A DNA stretch of 26,195 nucleotides. Source: Myxococcota bacterium. GTDB lineage: Bacteria > Myxococcota_A > Polyangia > Polyangiales > Sandaracinaceae. Made by a program: the position numbers and the translations under genes. Under the pieces are notes generated by a model, which did not search any database, was not told where the DNA came from, and worked only from the letters and a program-made list of their open reading frames with translations. Below, one piece after another: positions 1 to 8,285 of the stretch. The stretch covers positions 1 through 26,195 of the forward strand of contig JAYZQJ010000104.1 in NCBI GenBank assembly GCA_036149055.1, read 5' to 3'. How positions within the stretch are numbered: the first letter of the stretch is position 1; the number at the start of each line of letters is the position of its first letter.

Positions 1-71
1 AGGTGCTCGCGCAACACGTCCTCCACCACCCTCGCGAGTTTCTGCTCCAGGGAGTCTGTCGTCGTCGCCAT
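1..71 (-). CDS. N-terminus of a small protein truncated by the window edge (MATTTDSLEQKLARVVEDVLREH...), possibly an IS66-associated DNA-binding or accessory protein
   Basis: ATG at 71-69, open to the window edge, amphipathic helical sequence. From memory it resembles the N-termini of small helix-turn-helix proteins found beside myxobacterial IS66 genes; only 23 codons are visible. Confidence 0.45.
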   Translation of the reverse strand, partial: MATTTDSLEQKLARVVEDVLREH

Positions 72-126
72 GGACGCCGAATCTCACGACCAGACCACCT
101 CTCAAAGTACCGGCCTGAACGGTTAC
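1..126 (-). mobile_element. Probable terminus of an IS66-family insertion sequence extending beyond the left window edge
   Basis: The minus strand from 126 reads GTAACCGTTCAGGCCGG, resembling the GTAA-initiated terminal inverted repeats of IS66 elements. Bases 1-126 look less GC-rich than neighbouring genes and an ORF starts 55 nt inside. The transposase and the opposite end are outside the window. Confidence 0.5.
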
Positions 127-201
127 AGTCGGGAGGGGGGCCCCATTGGCGCTTTGCCCCAGGGGGGGAGGGTTTGCACCAAACCCTCCAAGAAACTCAG
201 A
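127..201. repeat. REP-like palindromic element abutting the kinase stop codon
   Basis: Perfect 10-bp hairpin GGAGGGTTTG-cac-CAAACCCTCC at 167-189 and a second imperfect hairpin at about 141-165. Bases 182-201 are the exact reverse complement of 25467-25486. Confidence 0.65.
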
Positions 202-1495
202 TCGAGGCGACCAGAAGCTGGAGCTCGCGGGGGAGATCGGTGGCGCCGGTGAGCGCGGCGGGGCTGAGCTCGAAGCCGGCGTCCACCTCGGTGTAGGCGA
301 CGCGCACCGCGGCGCCGTAGCGGGACCGCAGCGCCTCCTGCACCGCCTGCGCGTGGTCGGGCCCGTCGGGCCGGGTGATACGCGCGAACCAGATGCCCGC
401 GCCGAGCACGTAGCCGCGGCCGGTCCCGCCGAGCAGCCCGGCCAGCCACTCGCGCTCGTCGCGCCGGGCCAGCCGCGAGGGAGGCAGCCGGGCGGCGAGC
501 AGCACCGGCGGGAACACGCCGCTCTGGCGCAGCGCGGGCATCGTCGGCTGGGTGGGCGCGTCGGCAGCGACCCGGCGCGTCGGCGGCGCCGGTCGCCACC
601 GCTCGATCGGCCGCGACGCCGGCACCCCGGCCACCCGGACCCCGAGCGAGCGCGGCGTGGATCGGCTGACGCCGCGCAGGACCGCGCGCACCTCGAGCAC
701 GCTCGCCGGCCTCCCGGCCGCCTCGGTCTCCAGCAGCGACGCGACGAGCGACTGGAGCTGGTGCGGGATCGGCGGGCGACCGTCCGGCGCCTTCACCGGG
801 GGCGCCGGCTGCTGCACCTTGCGGAGCAGCGCCGCCATGCCGGCGCCCTCGAACGGCAGCTCTCCGGTCAGCATCTCGTAGAGGGTCGCGCCGAGCGCGT
901 AGAGGTCGGCGGCCGGCGTGACCTCGGCGCCGACGATCTGCTCGGGGGCCATGTAGGCGGGCGTGCCGATCGCGACGCCGGTCGCGGTGAGCTTGGGGTG
1001 GCCGGGGGTCGTGGGCTTGGCGATGCCGAAGTCGACGATCTTGGCGCCGAACGAGAGGCCACGCCCGGTGATCATGAGGTTGGCCGGCTTGAGATCGCGG
1101 TGGAGGATGCCGGCGTCGTGGATCGCCTCGAGCCCGGCGCAGACGTCGCTGGCGACGTCGAGCACCTCGAGCCAGCTCATCGCGCGCTCGCGCTCCAGGA
1201 CCGCGTCGAGCGCCTCGCCGTCGAGCAGCTCCATCACGATGCAGGGCTGCCAGCCGTCGAGCATCGCGCAGTCGAAGATCTGGACGACGCTCGGGTGCCG
1301 GACGCGGGCCATGGTCTGGGCCTCGCGGAGGAAGCGCTGCGCCAGCCCGGGATCGGTGTCGTCGTGCAGCACCTTGATGGCGACCGGCATGTCGAGCATC
1401 TCGTGCACCCCGCGGTACACCTGCCCCATGCCGCCCTCGCCGAGGAGCCCCTCGACCCGGTAGCGGTCCAGGATCACGTCGCCGGCCGCGATCAT
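197..1495 (-). CDS. Cytoplasmic Hanks-type Ser/Thr protein kinase (432 aa) with an uncharacterised ~100-aa C-terminal alpha/beta domain
   Basis: GEGGMG, VAIK, HRDLKPAN, DFG, GTPAYMAPE and DLYALG motifs. The ATG at 1495 overlaps the upstream stop (ATGA). No transmembrane segment is evident. Confidence 0.95.
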   Translation of the reverse strand: MIAAGDVILDRYRVEGLLGEGGMGQVYRGVHEMLDMPVAIKVLHDDTDPGLAQRFLREAQTMARVRHPSVVQIFDCAMLDGWQPCIVMELLDGEALDAVLERERAMSWLEVLDVASDVCAGLEAIHDAGILHRDLKPANLMITGRGLSFGAKIVDFGIAKPTTPGHPKLTATGVAIGTPAYMAPEQIVGAEVTPAADLYALGATLYEMLTGELPFEGAGMAALLRKVQQPAPPVKAPDGRPPIPHQLQSLVASLLETEAAGRPASVLEVRAVLRGVSRSTPRSLGVRVAGVPASRPIERWRPAPPTRRVAADAPTQPTMPALRQSGVFPPVLLAARLPPSRLARRDEREWLAGLLGGTGRGYVLGAGIWFARITRPDGPDHAQAVQEALRSRYGAAVRVAYTEVDAGFELSPAALTGATDLPRELQLLVASI

Positions 1496-2685
1496 CGCTC
1501 GCCTCCGAGCCGGACCGGCGCGTCGGGGATCACCACGCGCCCGGCCACGAGCACGCTCGGCCGCCACGCGTCCATCGGATCGCCCGGGCCCATCACGAGG
1601 CCGGGGCTGCCGTCGGAGAGCACCACCCGCGCCCCCGGAGGCAGGACGCCCTCGGCGTTGATCACGAGCCGGAGCCACGCGCCGTCCACCGTCTCGTCCG
1701 CCGCCGCCGCGCTCAGGAGATCGACCTTCGTCAGGTCGAAGCTCGCCCCCTCCGGGCGCCGGTCCCGCTCCACCCGGTAGGTGAGCGCGACCAGCTTCGC
1801 CGCCGGGAGGTCGCCGGCGCCGTCGGCGGCGAGCGCGCGAAGCAGCGCGACCGCGCGGACGCGGTGGGGAGAGATCCGCCCCCGAGGCGGCGCCGCGGCC
1901 AGCGCCCGATCGAGCGCCGCGGCCGCGGCCTCCTCGAGCGGCAGGCCCCCGCGCTCCCGCAGCCCGCTCGCCGCGATCATCAGCGCCGCGTGCACGGTGG
2001 CCCGGCGCGCCGAGCTGGGCAGGCGCAGGAGGCTGAGGGCGTTCTCCGCCAGGCGCGCCGCCGAGACCGATCGCCGGGCGAGCGTCCACGGGAGGTCGTT
2101 CGCCTCCAGGGTCCGCTCGGCCGCGACCCGATGCGAGGCGAGCGCGCGCTCGAGCCGCCGCACGATCGCGAGGCCCTTGCTCCACCGCCACTCGCCGTGG
2201 CTGCCGAGGCCCGCGGCGTCGGCGACCGCGAGGGACACCTGGGTGACCGCGAAGATCTCGGGGTCGACCTCCTGCGACTCCTCGCCCCAGTCCGCCTGCG
2301 GGATCTCCCGCCACCCGATCGAGCGCAGCAGCAGCTCCTCGAGCGCCCCCTCTCGCCCTCGCGCTCCGTCGGCGAGCGCCCCGGCGAGCGCGGCCGCCTC
2401 GGAGCGAGACGGCGTGACCGAGAAGCTCAGCTCGTGCACCTGGAGAGCGTGGGCGGCCCGGGCCACCTCCATCGCGCGCCGGTGCGCGTCGAGGTCGAGC
2501 GGGAGCAGCTGGCGATCGGCGAAGACCGCCTCCCCGACCAGCTGGAGCGCGAACGGCGGCGAGGCCGCCTCGATGGCCTCCGCGAGGCGCGTCGCCGCCG
2601 CCTCGGTCGACGGGTGCGCGCGGCCGTAGCGCGTCGCCGCCCGCATCGCGACGTAGAGCTCGTGCACGACGGCGGCGCGGCTCAC
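1492..2685 (-). CDS. Hypothetical protein (397 aa), HD-GYP-like architecture without recognisable catalytic motifs
   Basis: The GTG at 2685 overlaps the upstream stop (GTGA) and the stop overlaps the kinase ATG. It has N-terminal 'RYGRAHPS', and the C-terminal 'GVLPPGARVVLSDGSPGLV...DAWRPSV' resembles the tail that follows many HD-GYP domains. No HD or GYP motif is present. Confidence 0.75.
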   Translation of the reverse strand: MSRAAVVHELYVAMRAATRYGRAHPSTEAAATRLAEAIEAASPPFALQLVGEAVFADRQLLPLDLDAHRRAMEVARAAHALQVHELSFSVTPSRSEAAALAGALADGARGREGALEELLLRSIGWREIPQADWGEESQEVDPEIFAVTQVSLAVADAAGLGSHGEWRWSKGLAIVRRLERALASHRVAAERTLEANDLPWTLARRSVSAARLAENALSLLRLPSSARRATVHAALMIAASGLRERGGLPLEEAAAAALDRALAAAPPRGRISPHRVRAVALLRALAADGAGDLPAAKLVALTYRVERDRRPEGASFDLTKVDLLSAAAADETVDGAWLRLVINAEGVLPPGARVVLSDGSPGLVMGPGDPMDAWRPSVLVAGRVVIPDAPVRLGGER

Positions 2686-4340
2686 GCTTCCTCCAGGGCG
2701 GCCGAGGCCGAGGTCTGGCGGATGCGCTTCAGCGCCGCCCGCAGCTCCGGCGGCTCCATCAGCTCGCGGAGCCGCCAGGCGCTCGCCCGCCGCTGCCGCT
2801 CCGGATCGCCGCGGAGCGCGTTGAGCGCGCTGACCCGCAGCCGGGTGTCGAGGCGGGTCGAGCGGCTCAGCTCGACGAGCACGTCGCGCCCGCTCTCGTC
2901 GAGGGCGAGGTGGCGGCAGGCGCGGGAGAACTCGCGGGGCTCCCAGGGCAAGGTGTCGTGCCGTCGGAGCAGCTCGCCCACGAAGGAGCGCACCTGCGGC
3001 GCGGTCGAGCCGGTCATCTTGCCGACCAGCGTCGAGACGCCCGCGTCCCCCTGGCTGGCGAGCCGCTCGATGGCCCGCTCGTGGGCCGGGAGCTGCTCGG
3101 GATCCATCGCCTCGAGCGCGGCCGCCGCCGACTCCGCCGGGAGCGCCTCGAGCGCGTCGCCGAGGAGCGCGTCGAGCCCGAGGCCGAGGAGCACCCGGGT
3201 CAGCGCGCGCGCCTGCTCGGGCTCGATCGCGTCGGGCGCCCAGACCTCGACCCAGCGCTGCGGCGGCCAGCTGTAGGCGAGCTGGGTCAGGAAGTAGCGC
3301 GCGTCGGCCCGCCGCGACGCCTCGGCGAGCAGGCCGTGGAGGAGCGCGCGGGCCAGCGGAGCGGGCGCGACGGCGAGCAGGTCGCCGAGCTCCTCGGTCG
3401 GCATCTCGAAGCGGAGGCCCTCCAGGATGGCGCCCGCGAGCGCCCGCGGATCGAGCGCGGCCGCGACCCGGCGCCCCGCCGCGTCGTCCGCGCCGAGCAG
3501 CCCGGTCACCATCGCGAGCGCGGGCGCCTCGACCCGCTCCCGGAGCCAGGCGAGCAGGCGCCGGGAGACGTCGTGCGGATCGGCGAGCGAGCGCAGCGCG
3601 GGCAGCTCGAGCACCGCGCGGAGCTCCGCGCGGGACCAGGCGGCGGGGTCGGAGGCGCCGTCCTCGAGCTCGCGCAGGTCGGCGCCGGTCAGCTCGAAGC
3701 GGCGCGCGCGCGCGTCGTCGGCGTAGCGCGCGATGTCCACGCCGAGCTCGGGCAGGAGCGCGGCCCGATCGAGCTCGACCGCGGCGATGGGCTGGGTCAC
3801 CCCGGTGGGCAGCGCCGCGGCGCCCCGGGCGGCCCTCACCCCGCGGGCGGCGTCGAAGGCGGCCTCCGCGTGCTCGAGCACCTCGACGAAGCTGGCGTGC
3901 AGCTCGACCGCGAGCCCCTCGGCGCCATCCTCGAACAGCCAGTCGCCGAACGCCCGCAGGCTCTCCTCTTCGACCTCGAGCCGCGCGAGGGCCTCGGCGA
4001 AGCGCTCGAGGTCCGGCGCCTCGAGGGGCGGCGCGAGCGCGAGGGTGCGCGCGCCGACCATGAAGGCGGGCAGCGCCCAGCGCGCGGCCTGGGCGTCGGC
4101 GGGGACCGCGAGCCGGCCGTCGACGATCAGGCCGCTCGGCCGGATCTCGATCGCGAGGTCGCCGTGCTCCAGCCAGGCGCCGCGCAGGTTCGCGGCCAGG
4201 CGCGCGGTAGGCGCGCCGCTCCGGCTCGCGCGGACGAGCGCGTCGAGGGCGCCGGCGATCTTCACCCGGGCGCCCCTCTCGCGGGCGCGCACCCCCGACT
4301 GCTCCGCTGAATCCGTCTCGACCGCGTGACCCGTCCGCAC
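2682..4340 (-). CDS. Helical (HEAT/ARM-like) repeat hypothetical protein (552 aa)
   Basis: Leu/Ala/Glu/Arg-rich helical composition, with HEAT-like C-terminal segments ('DTRLRVSALNAL', 'PPELRAALKRI'). Coupled to the downstream gene; the GTG start is uncertain. Confidence 0.75.
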   Translation of the reverse strand: MRTGHAVETDSAEQSGVRARERGARVKIAGALDALVRASRSGAPTARLAANLRGAWLEHGDLAIEIRPSGLIVDGRLAVPADAQAARWALPAFMVGARTLALAPPLEAPDLERFAEALARLEVEEESLRAFGDWLFEDGAEGLAVELHASFVEVLEHAEAAFDAARGVRAARGAAALPTGVTQPIAAVELDRAALLPELGVDIARYADDARARRFELTGADLRELEDGASDPAAWSRAELRAVLELPALRSLADPHDVSRRLLAWLRERVEAPALAMVTGLLGADDAAGRRVAAALDPRALAGAILEGLRFEMPTEELGDLLAVAPAPLARALLHGLLAEASRRADARYFLTQLAYSWPPQRWVEVWAPDAIEPEQARALTRVLLGLGLDALLGDALEALPAESAAAALEAMDPEQLPAHERAIERLASQGDAGVSTLVGKMTGSTAPQVRSFVGELLRRHDTLPWEPREFSRACRHLALDESGRDVLVELSRSTRLDTRLRVSALNALRGDPERQRRASAWRLRELMEPPELRAALKRIRQTSASAALEEA

Positions 4341-4409
4341 GCCTCGGTGAAGAGCACGCGGCGGGCCATCGCGAGCGGGCGCCGTTCGAGGACCGCCGCG
4401 CGCGTCGAG

Positions 4410-4446
4410 CGTCGGGGGCGCCCCACGAACGTAGGGGCCTCCCTAC
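4410..4446. terminator. Two adjacent short hairpins just downstream of the nhaA stop; possible terminator or REP remnant
   Basis: GTAGGG-gcct-CCCTAC at 4431-4446 and imperfect CGTcGGGGgcgCCCCACG at 4410-4427. No U-tract. Confidence 0.3.
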
Positions 4447-4450
4447 AGCC

Positions 4451-5680
4451 TCACTCGGCGGGCGGCGGCAGGGTCGAGTAGGTGGCGACCACCGGCGCGG
4501 GGGCCGGCGCGGCAGCGGGCTGCGGCGCCTCACCGCGGACGCGGAGCACCCGGGCGGCGAAGAGCACCAGCGGGGCGGCGCCCGCGCTGAGGAGGGCGCC
4601 CATCTTGGCCGCGCCCACCGCCGTCGCGTCGGTGTAGGCCACGCCGGCGACGAAGAGGGCGACGGTCAGCCCGATCGCGGCGGTGAGCCCGGCCACGAAG
4701 AGGCTGCGGCCGTCCATGCCCTCGGGCAGCGGGAAGCCCGCGAGGTGCGCGCCCATCGAGCAGACGTAGATGCCCACCGTCTTGCCCACCATGAGCGCGA
4801 AGAGCACCGCCCAGCTCGCGTCGCCGACCACGCCGAAGACGACGCCCGCGTTGGCGAGGCCGAAGGCGAAGAGGCCGAAATCCACCGGGGCGTGGAAGAA
4901 GTGCTGGAAGCGGTTGAGGGTGTCGCCGTGCTGCTCCTCCGCCGCGGCGAACATGCCGTCGTCGTGACCCGCGGTCGGCATGAACGGCACGACCGGGACG
5001 AGCGCCAGCGCCGGGTGCACGTGGGCGAAGAAGAGCCCCGCCCAGCTGAGCAGGCCCGGCACCGCGAGGTACGCCCAGAAGCTCTTCACGCCGGCCTTGC
5101 GCATGCCCCACGCCGCGGCCAGCGCGACGCCGACCAGGGCGAGGAACGCCGGCTCGACCGGGTGATGCGGGTCCGGATAGAAGACGCCGATGATCACGAG
5201 GCCGATCGCGTCGTCGGCCACCGCGAGCAGGAGCAGGAAGCTCACCGCCGGGTGCTGCGGCCCGAAGGCGAGCCGGGCCACGAGCCACGCGAGGGCGATG
5301 TCGGTCGCGGTGGGGATGCCCCAGCCGCCGGCGAGATCCATTCGCCCGATGAAGTAGAGGTAGGCGAGGAAGGCCAGCACCGGGCCCGCGACGCCGCCGA
5401 TCGTGCCGAGCAGCGGGTTGACCGCCTTCTTCGGCGGGTTGAGCGAGCCGCCCGGCAGCACCGCCTCCACGATCTCGCCGGTGGCGATGCCGAAGAAGAG
5501 GACCATGAACAGGTCGTTGACGATGAAATGGAGCGACAGCGGCCCGTGCTCCCCGAAGGGCGACGCGTGCACCACCGCCTCGTAGGAGTGAGGGTCCAGG
5601 TTCGCCCAGGCCAGCGCGGCCACGACGCCGCTCAACAGCGGGAGGGAAAGGTCCCGCGCCTTCTTCACCACGTGCTGCAC
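4451..5680 (-). CDS. nhaA: Na+/H+ antiporter NhaA
   Basis: NDLFMVLFF, GWGIPTATDIALA, LAVADDAIG (the DD pair), FGLANAGV and GKTVGI motifs, with many hydrophobic helices. GAGGTGG ribosome-binding site upstream of the GTG. Confidence 0.95.
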   Translation of the reverse strand: MQHVVKKARDLSLPLLSGVVAALAWANLDPHSYEAVVHASPFGEHGPLSLHFIVNDLFMVLFFGIATGEIVEAVLPGGSLNPPKKAVNPLLGTIGGVAGPVLAFLAYLYFIGRMDLAGGWGIPTATDIALAWLVARLAFGPQHPAVSFLLLLAVADDAIGLVIIGVFYPDPHHPVEPAFLALVGVALAAAWGMRKAGVKSFWAYLAVPGLLSWAGLFFAHVHPALALVPVVPFMPTAGHDDGMFAAAEEQHGDTLNRFQHFFHAPVDFGLFAFGLANAGVVFGVVGDASWAVLFALMVGKTVGIYVCSMGAHLAGFPLPEGMDGRSLFVAGLTAAIGLTVALFVAGVAYTDATAVGAAKMGALLSAGAAPLVLFAARVLRVRGEAPQPAAAPAPAPVVATYSTLPPPAE

Positions 5681-5741
5681 TCGTCCACCTCTCGTCCGCA
5701 GAACTAGCGGCCGGGCGGACGAATTCTTGAGGTGGTCGGCG

Positions 5742-7319
5742 TCAGAAGCCGGGGTCGCGGATCAGACCGACCCCGGACGCGGCCGGCGGCTCGTCGGCGA
5801 CGACGGTCTGCTCCCGAGGAGCAGCCAGAGCAGCGACCGGAGGCTCCGCCCGGGCGGCGCGGCGAGGCGCGGCGGGTCGCGGACGCGGAGCCGGCCGAGG
5901 CTGGGCCACCGGCGCGACCGCCTCCTCGGAGACCGGAGGCTCGGCCGGCGGCGCCTCGACGAGGGCCGCCTCCACGGGAGTTGGCGCCGGGTCTCCGACG
6001 CCACGATCCTCGAGCGCCGCCTCTCTTCCCGCCGCCTCTCCTCCCGCCGCCTGGCCTCCCGCAGCCTGGCCTCCCGCCGCGACCGGTGGAGCGACCGCGG
6101 CCCGCGAGGTCGCGCCGGTGCTCGCCGCCAGCCAGAGGCCCCCCGCGAGCAGCACCAGCGCGGCGAGCCCGCCCGCGAGCCACGGCGCCGGCCGGGGGCG
6201 GAGACCGGCGGGGAGCGCGTCTGGCGAGCTCGCGGTCTCCACCAGGAGCGGCCGGGTCCGCGGCTCGGTCGGCAGGTCCTCGTCCCACTTCTCCGGCGCC
6301 GGCGGCGCCTCCTCGAGGCGGTGCACCGGCCGCACCCCCGACACCTCGAGGCGCCAACCGTCGAGGCTGCTCAGCACCGAGAGCCCCGCCTCGTCGACCG
6401 CCCGGTCGAGGGCGGCTCGCATCGCGCGGGCGTCCGCGAAGCGCTCGGCCGGATCCTTCGCCATCGCCCGCTCGACCACCCGGAGGAGCGGGTCCGGCAC
6501 GTGGGGCGCGGCCAGCTCCAGCGGCCGGGGCGCGCCGGTGACGACCTCGAGCACCACGTCGAAGGGCGTCTCGCCCTCGAAGGGCAGCGCGCCGCTCAGC
6601 GCCTCGTAGAGGAGGACGCCGGCGCTGTACACGTCGCTGCGCGCGTCGACCGGCCGCCCCTGCGCCTGCTCCGGCGACATGTAGTACGGCGTGCCCTGGA
6701 CGATGTCGTCGCGGGTGGGCACCGCCGACTCGAGCCCCTCCACCTTGCCGAGGCTGCGCGAGATGCCGAAGTCCAGCAGGACCGGGAACGCGCGGCCGTC
6801 CTCCTCGACCATGAAGACGTTCTCGGGCTTGAGGTCCCGGTGCACGATGCCGAGGTCGTGCAGCGCGGCGAGCCCGCCGAGCACGTCCGAGAGGACCCGC
6901 GCCGCCTCCGCGGGCGCCCACAGATCGCGGTCGATCGACGCCGCCATGTCCTCGCCCTCGAGGTAGTCCATGACCATGAAGGGCACGCCGCCCTCGTCCT
7001 CGAGGAAGCCGAAGTCGTGGATGGCGACCACGTTGGGGTGCCGGATCGCCGCCCCGAGGCGCGCCTCGCGCAGGAAGCGATCGCGCACCTCCGGCCGGCG
7101 GCCGCCCTGGATCTCGAGCAGCTTCACCGCCACCCGGCGCCTCAGCGCCACGTGCTCGGCCAGGTACACCACGCCGAAGCCGCCCGCCCCGAGGCGCGAC
7201 AGGATCCGGTAGCGACCGTCGAGCACCGCGCCGGCCCGGTCGGTGTTCTTCTCGTCGGCGGAGATCGACGTCGGGTCGAGGGTGGCGGCGAGCTCCCGGT
7301 CGTCGGCGTGGTGGGTCAT
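5742..7319 (-). CDS. Membrane-anchored Ser/Thr protein kinase (525 aa) with a Pro/Ala-rich extracytoplasmic tail
   Basis: GAGGFG, VAVK, HRDLKPEN, DFG and GTPYYMSPE motifs; TM segment WLAGGLAALVLLAGGLWLAA; ends LIRDPGF. GGGGAG RBS precedes the ATG at 7319. Confidence 0.95.
   Translation of the reverse strand: MTHHADDRELAATLDPTSISADEKNTDRAGAVLDGRYRILSRLGAGGFGVVYLAEHVALRRRVAVKLLEIQGGRRPEVRDRFLREARLGAAIRHPNVVAIHDFGFLEDEGGVPFMVMDYLEGEDMAASIDRDLWAPAEAARVLSDVLGGLAALHDLGIVHRDLKPENVFMVEEDGRAFPVLLDFGISRSLGKVEGLESAVPTRDDIVQGTPYYMSPEQAQGRPVDARSDVYSAGVLLYEALSGALPFEGETPFDVVLEVVTGAPRPLELAAPHVPDPLLRVVERAMAKDPAERFADARAMRAALDRAVDEAGLSVLSSLDGWRLEVSGVRPVHRLEEAPPAPEKWDEDLPTEPRTRPLLVETASSPDALPAGLRPRPAPWLAGGLAALVLLAGGLWLAASTGATSRAAVAPPVAAGGQAAGGQAAGGEAAGREAALEDRGVGDPAPTPVEAALVEAPPAEPPVSEEAVAPVAQPRPAPRPRPAAPRRAARAEPPVAALAAPREQTVVADEPPAASGVGLIRDPGF
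6016..6080. repeat. 15-bp tandem repeat (about 4.3 copies) in the kinase tail encoding AAGG(Q/E)
   Basis: Consecutive units gccgcctctcttccc, gccgcctctcctccc, gccgcctggcctccc, gcagcctggcctccc, gccgc. Confidence 0.9.
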
Positions 7320-7478
7320 CGCTCCCCGTTCGTGGCAAGACGCGCGCCATGGTCGCACCGTGGGGCGACTCCGACAGCCTCACCGGAAGTCGTTGGGTCG
7401 GCCCGACACATCCGAGGCGCAACCCCTCAGCCCCACCCCGGGAGACCTCGGGCACGACGCTTGCGAAGCCGGCGTCCC

Positions 7479-8285
7479 ATGCGCCGCCTCGCGCCCCTCT
7501 GCGCCTCCCTCCTCCTGCTGATCGCCCCCGCCGCCGCCTCGGCGCAGGCCCCGACGGACGCGGCCACCACCGCGCAGGCGCGGGCCCTCTTCACCGAGGG
7601 GCTGGAGCACGCCGACGCCGAGCGCTGGGAGGAGGCGCTCGATCGCTTCCGCCGGGCGGCGACGTTGCGACGCGCCACCCCGATCCTCTTCAACCTCGCG
7701 CTGGCCGCCCGCCACGTCGGCGCGCTGGTGGAGGCGAGCGAGGCGCTGCGCGAGGTCCTGCGCGACCCGGAGGTCGCGCCCGAGGTCGAGGCGCGCGCCC
7801 GGAGCGAGCTGTCCGGGCTGGAGCCGCGGCTCGGTCACCTGACGCTGGCCGTCGAGGGCCCTCGACACGGGGTGGAGGTCAGCCTCGACGGCGCGCCCCG
7901 GCCGCCCGCGACCTGGGGCGTGGCGCTGCCCGTCGACCCCGGGCCCCACGAGGCGCTCGCGACGCGCGACGGGGAGACGGTCGCCCGGGCCGACGTGCAC
8001 CTCGAGGAGGGCGAGGCCCGCACGCTCGCGCTCACCGTCCCTCCGGAGGCGATCGCGGTCGCCACGCCGGACGAGGCCGCGCGCACCGTCGCGCCGGCCC
8101 CCCAGCCTGCGCCGGAGCCCGACGGGGACTTCGAGCTCGTCGAGCAGTGGTGGTTCTGGACCCTGGTCGGGGTGGCGGTGGTCCTCGCCGTCGTCATCCC
8201 GGTCGCGGTGGTCGCCAGCGACGACGGGGGACAGCCTCCGCCGACGTGCACCGGCATTTTTCCTTGCGTGATGGAGGTCCCGTGA
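7479..8285 (+). CDS. Exported TPR + PEGA-like domain protein with C-terminal membrane anchor (268 aa)
   Basis: Signal peptide (MRRLAPLCASLLLLIAPAAASAQ), TPR-like helices (ARALFTEG...WEEALDRFRRA...ILFNLA), PEGA-like beta domain (VSLDG...LPVDPGPHE) and a WWFW-led TM segment. Confidence 0.88.
   Translation: MRRLAPLCASLLLLIAPAAASAQAPTDAATTAQARALFTEGLEHADAERWEEALDRFRRAATLRRATPILFNLALAARHVGALVEASEALREVLRDPEVAPEVEARARSELSGLEPRLGHLTLAVEGPRHGVEVSLDGAPRPPATWGVALPVDPGPHEALATRDGETVARADVHLEEGEARTLALTVPPEAIAVATPDEAARTVAPAPQPAPEPDGDFELVEQWWFWTLVGVAVVLAVVIPVAVVASDDGGQPPPTCTGIFPCVMEVP

Noticed and set aside
1492..4533. 1013-aa ORF suggesting one long protein or a frameshift
   Set aside because: Only the part from the GTG at 2685 looks protein-like. 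The upstream portion is an alternate frame of 2682-4340, and the GTGA overlap explains the junction.
5727..7478. Long N-terminal extensions of ORFs 5727-8285, 7349-9373, 17478-19385 and 9402-10370
   Set aside because: Signal peptides, domain boundaries and stop/start overlaps place the real starts at 7479, 8282, 18414 and 9776.
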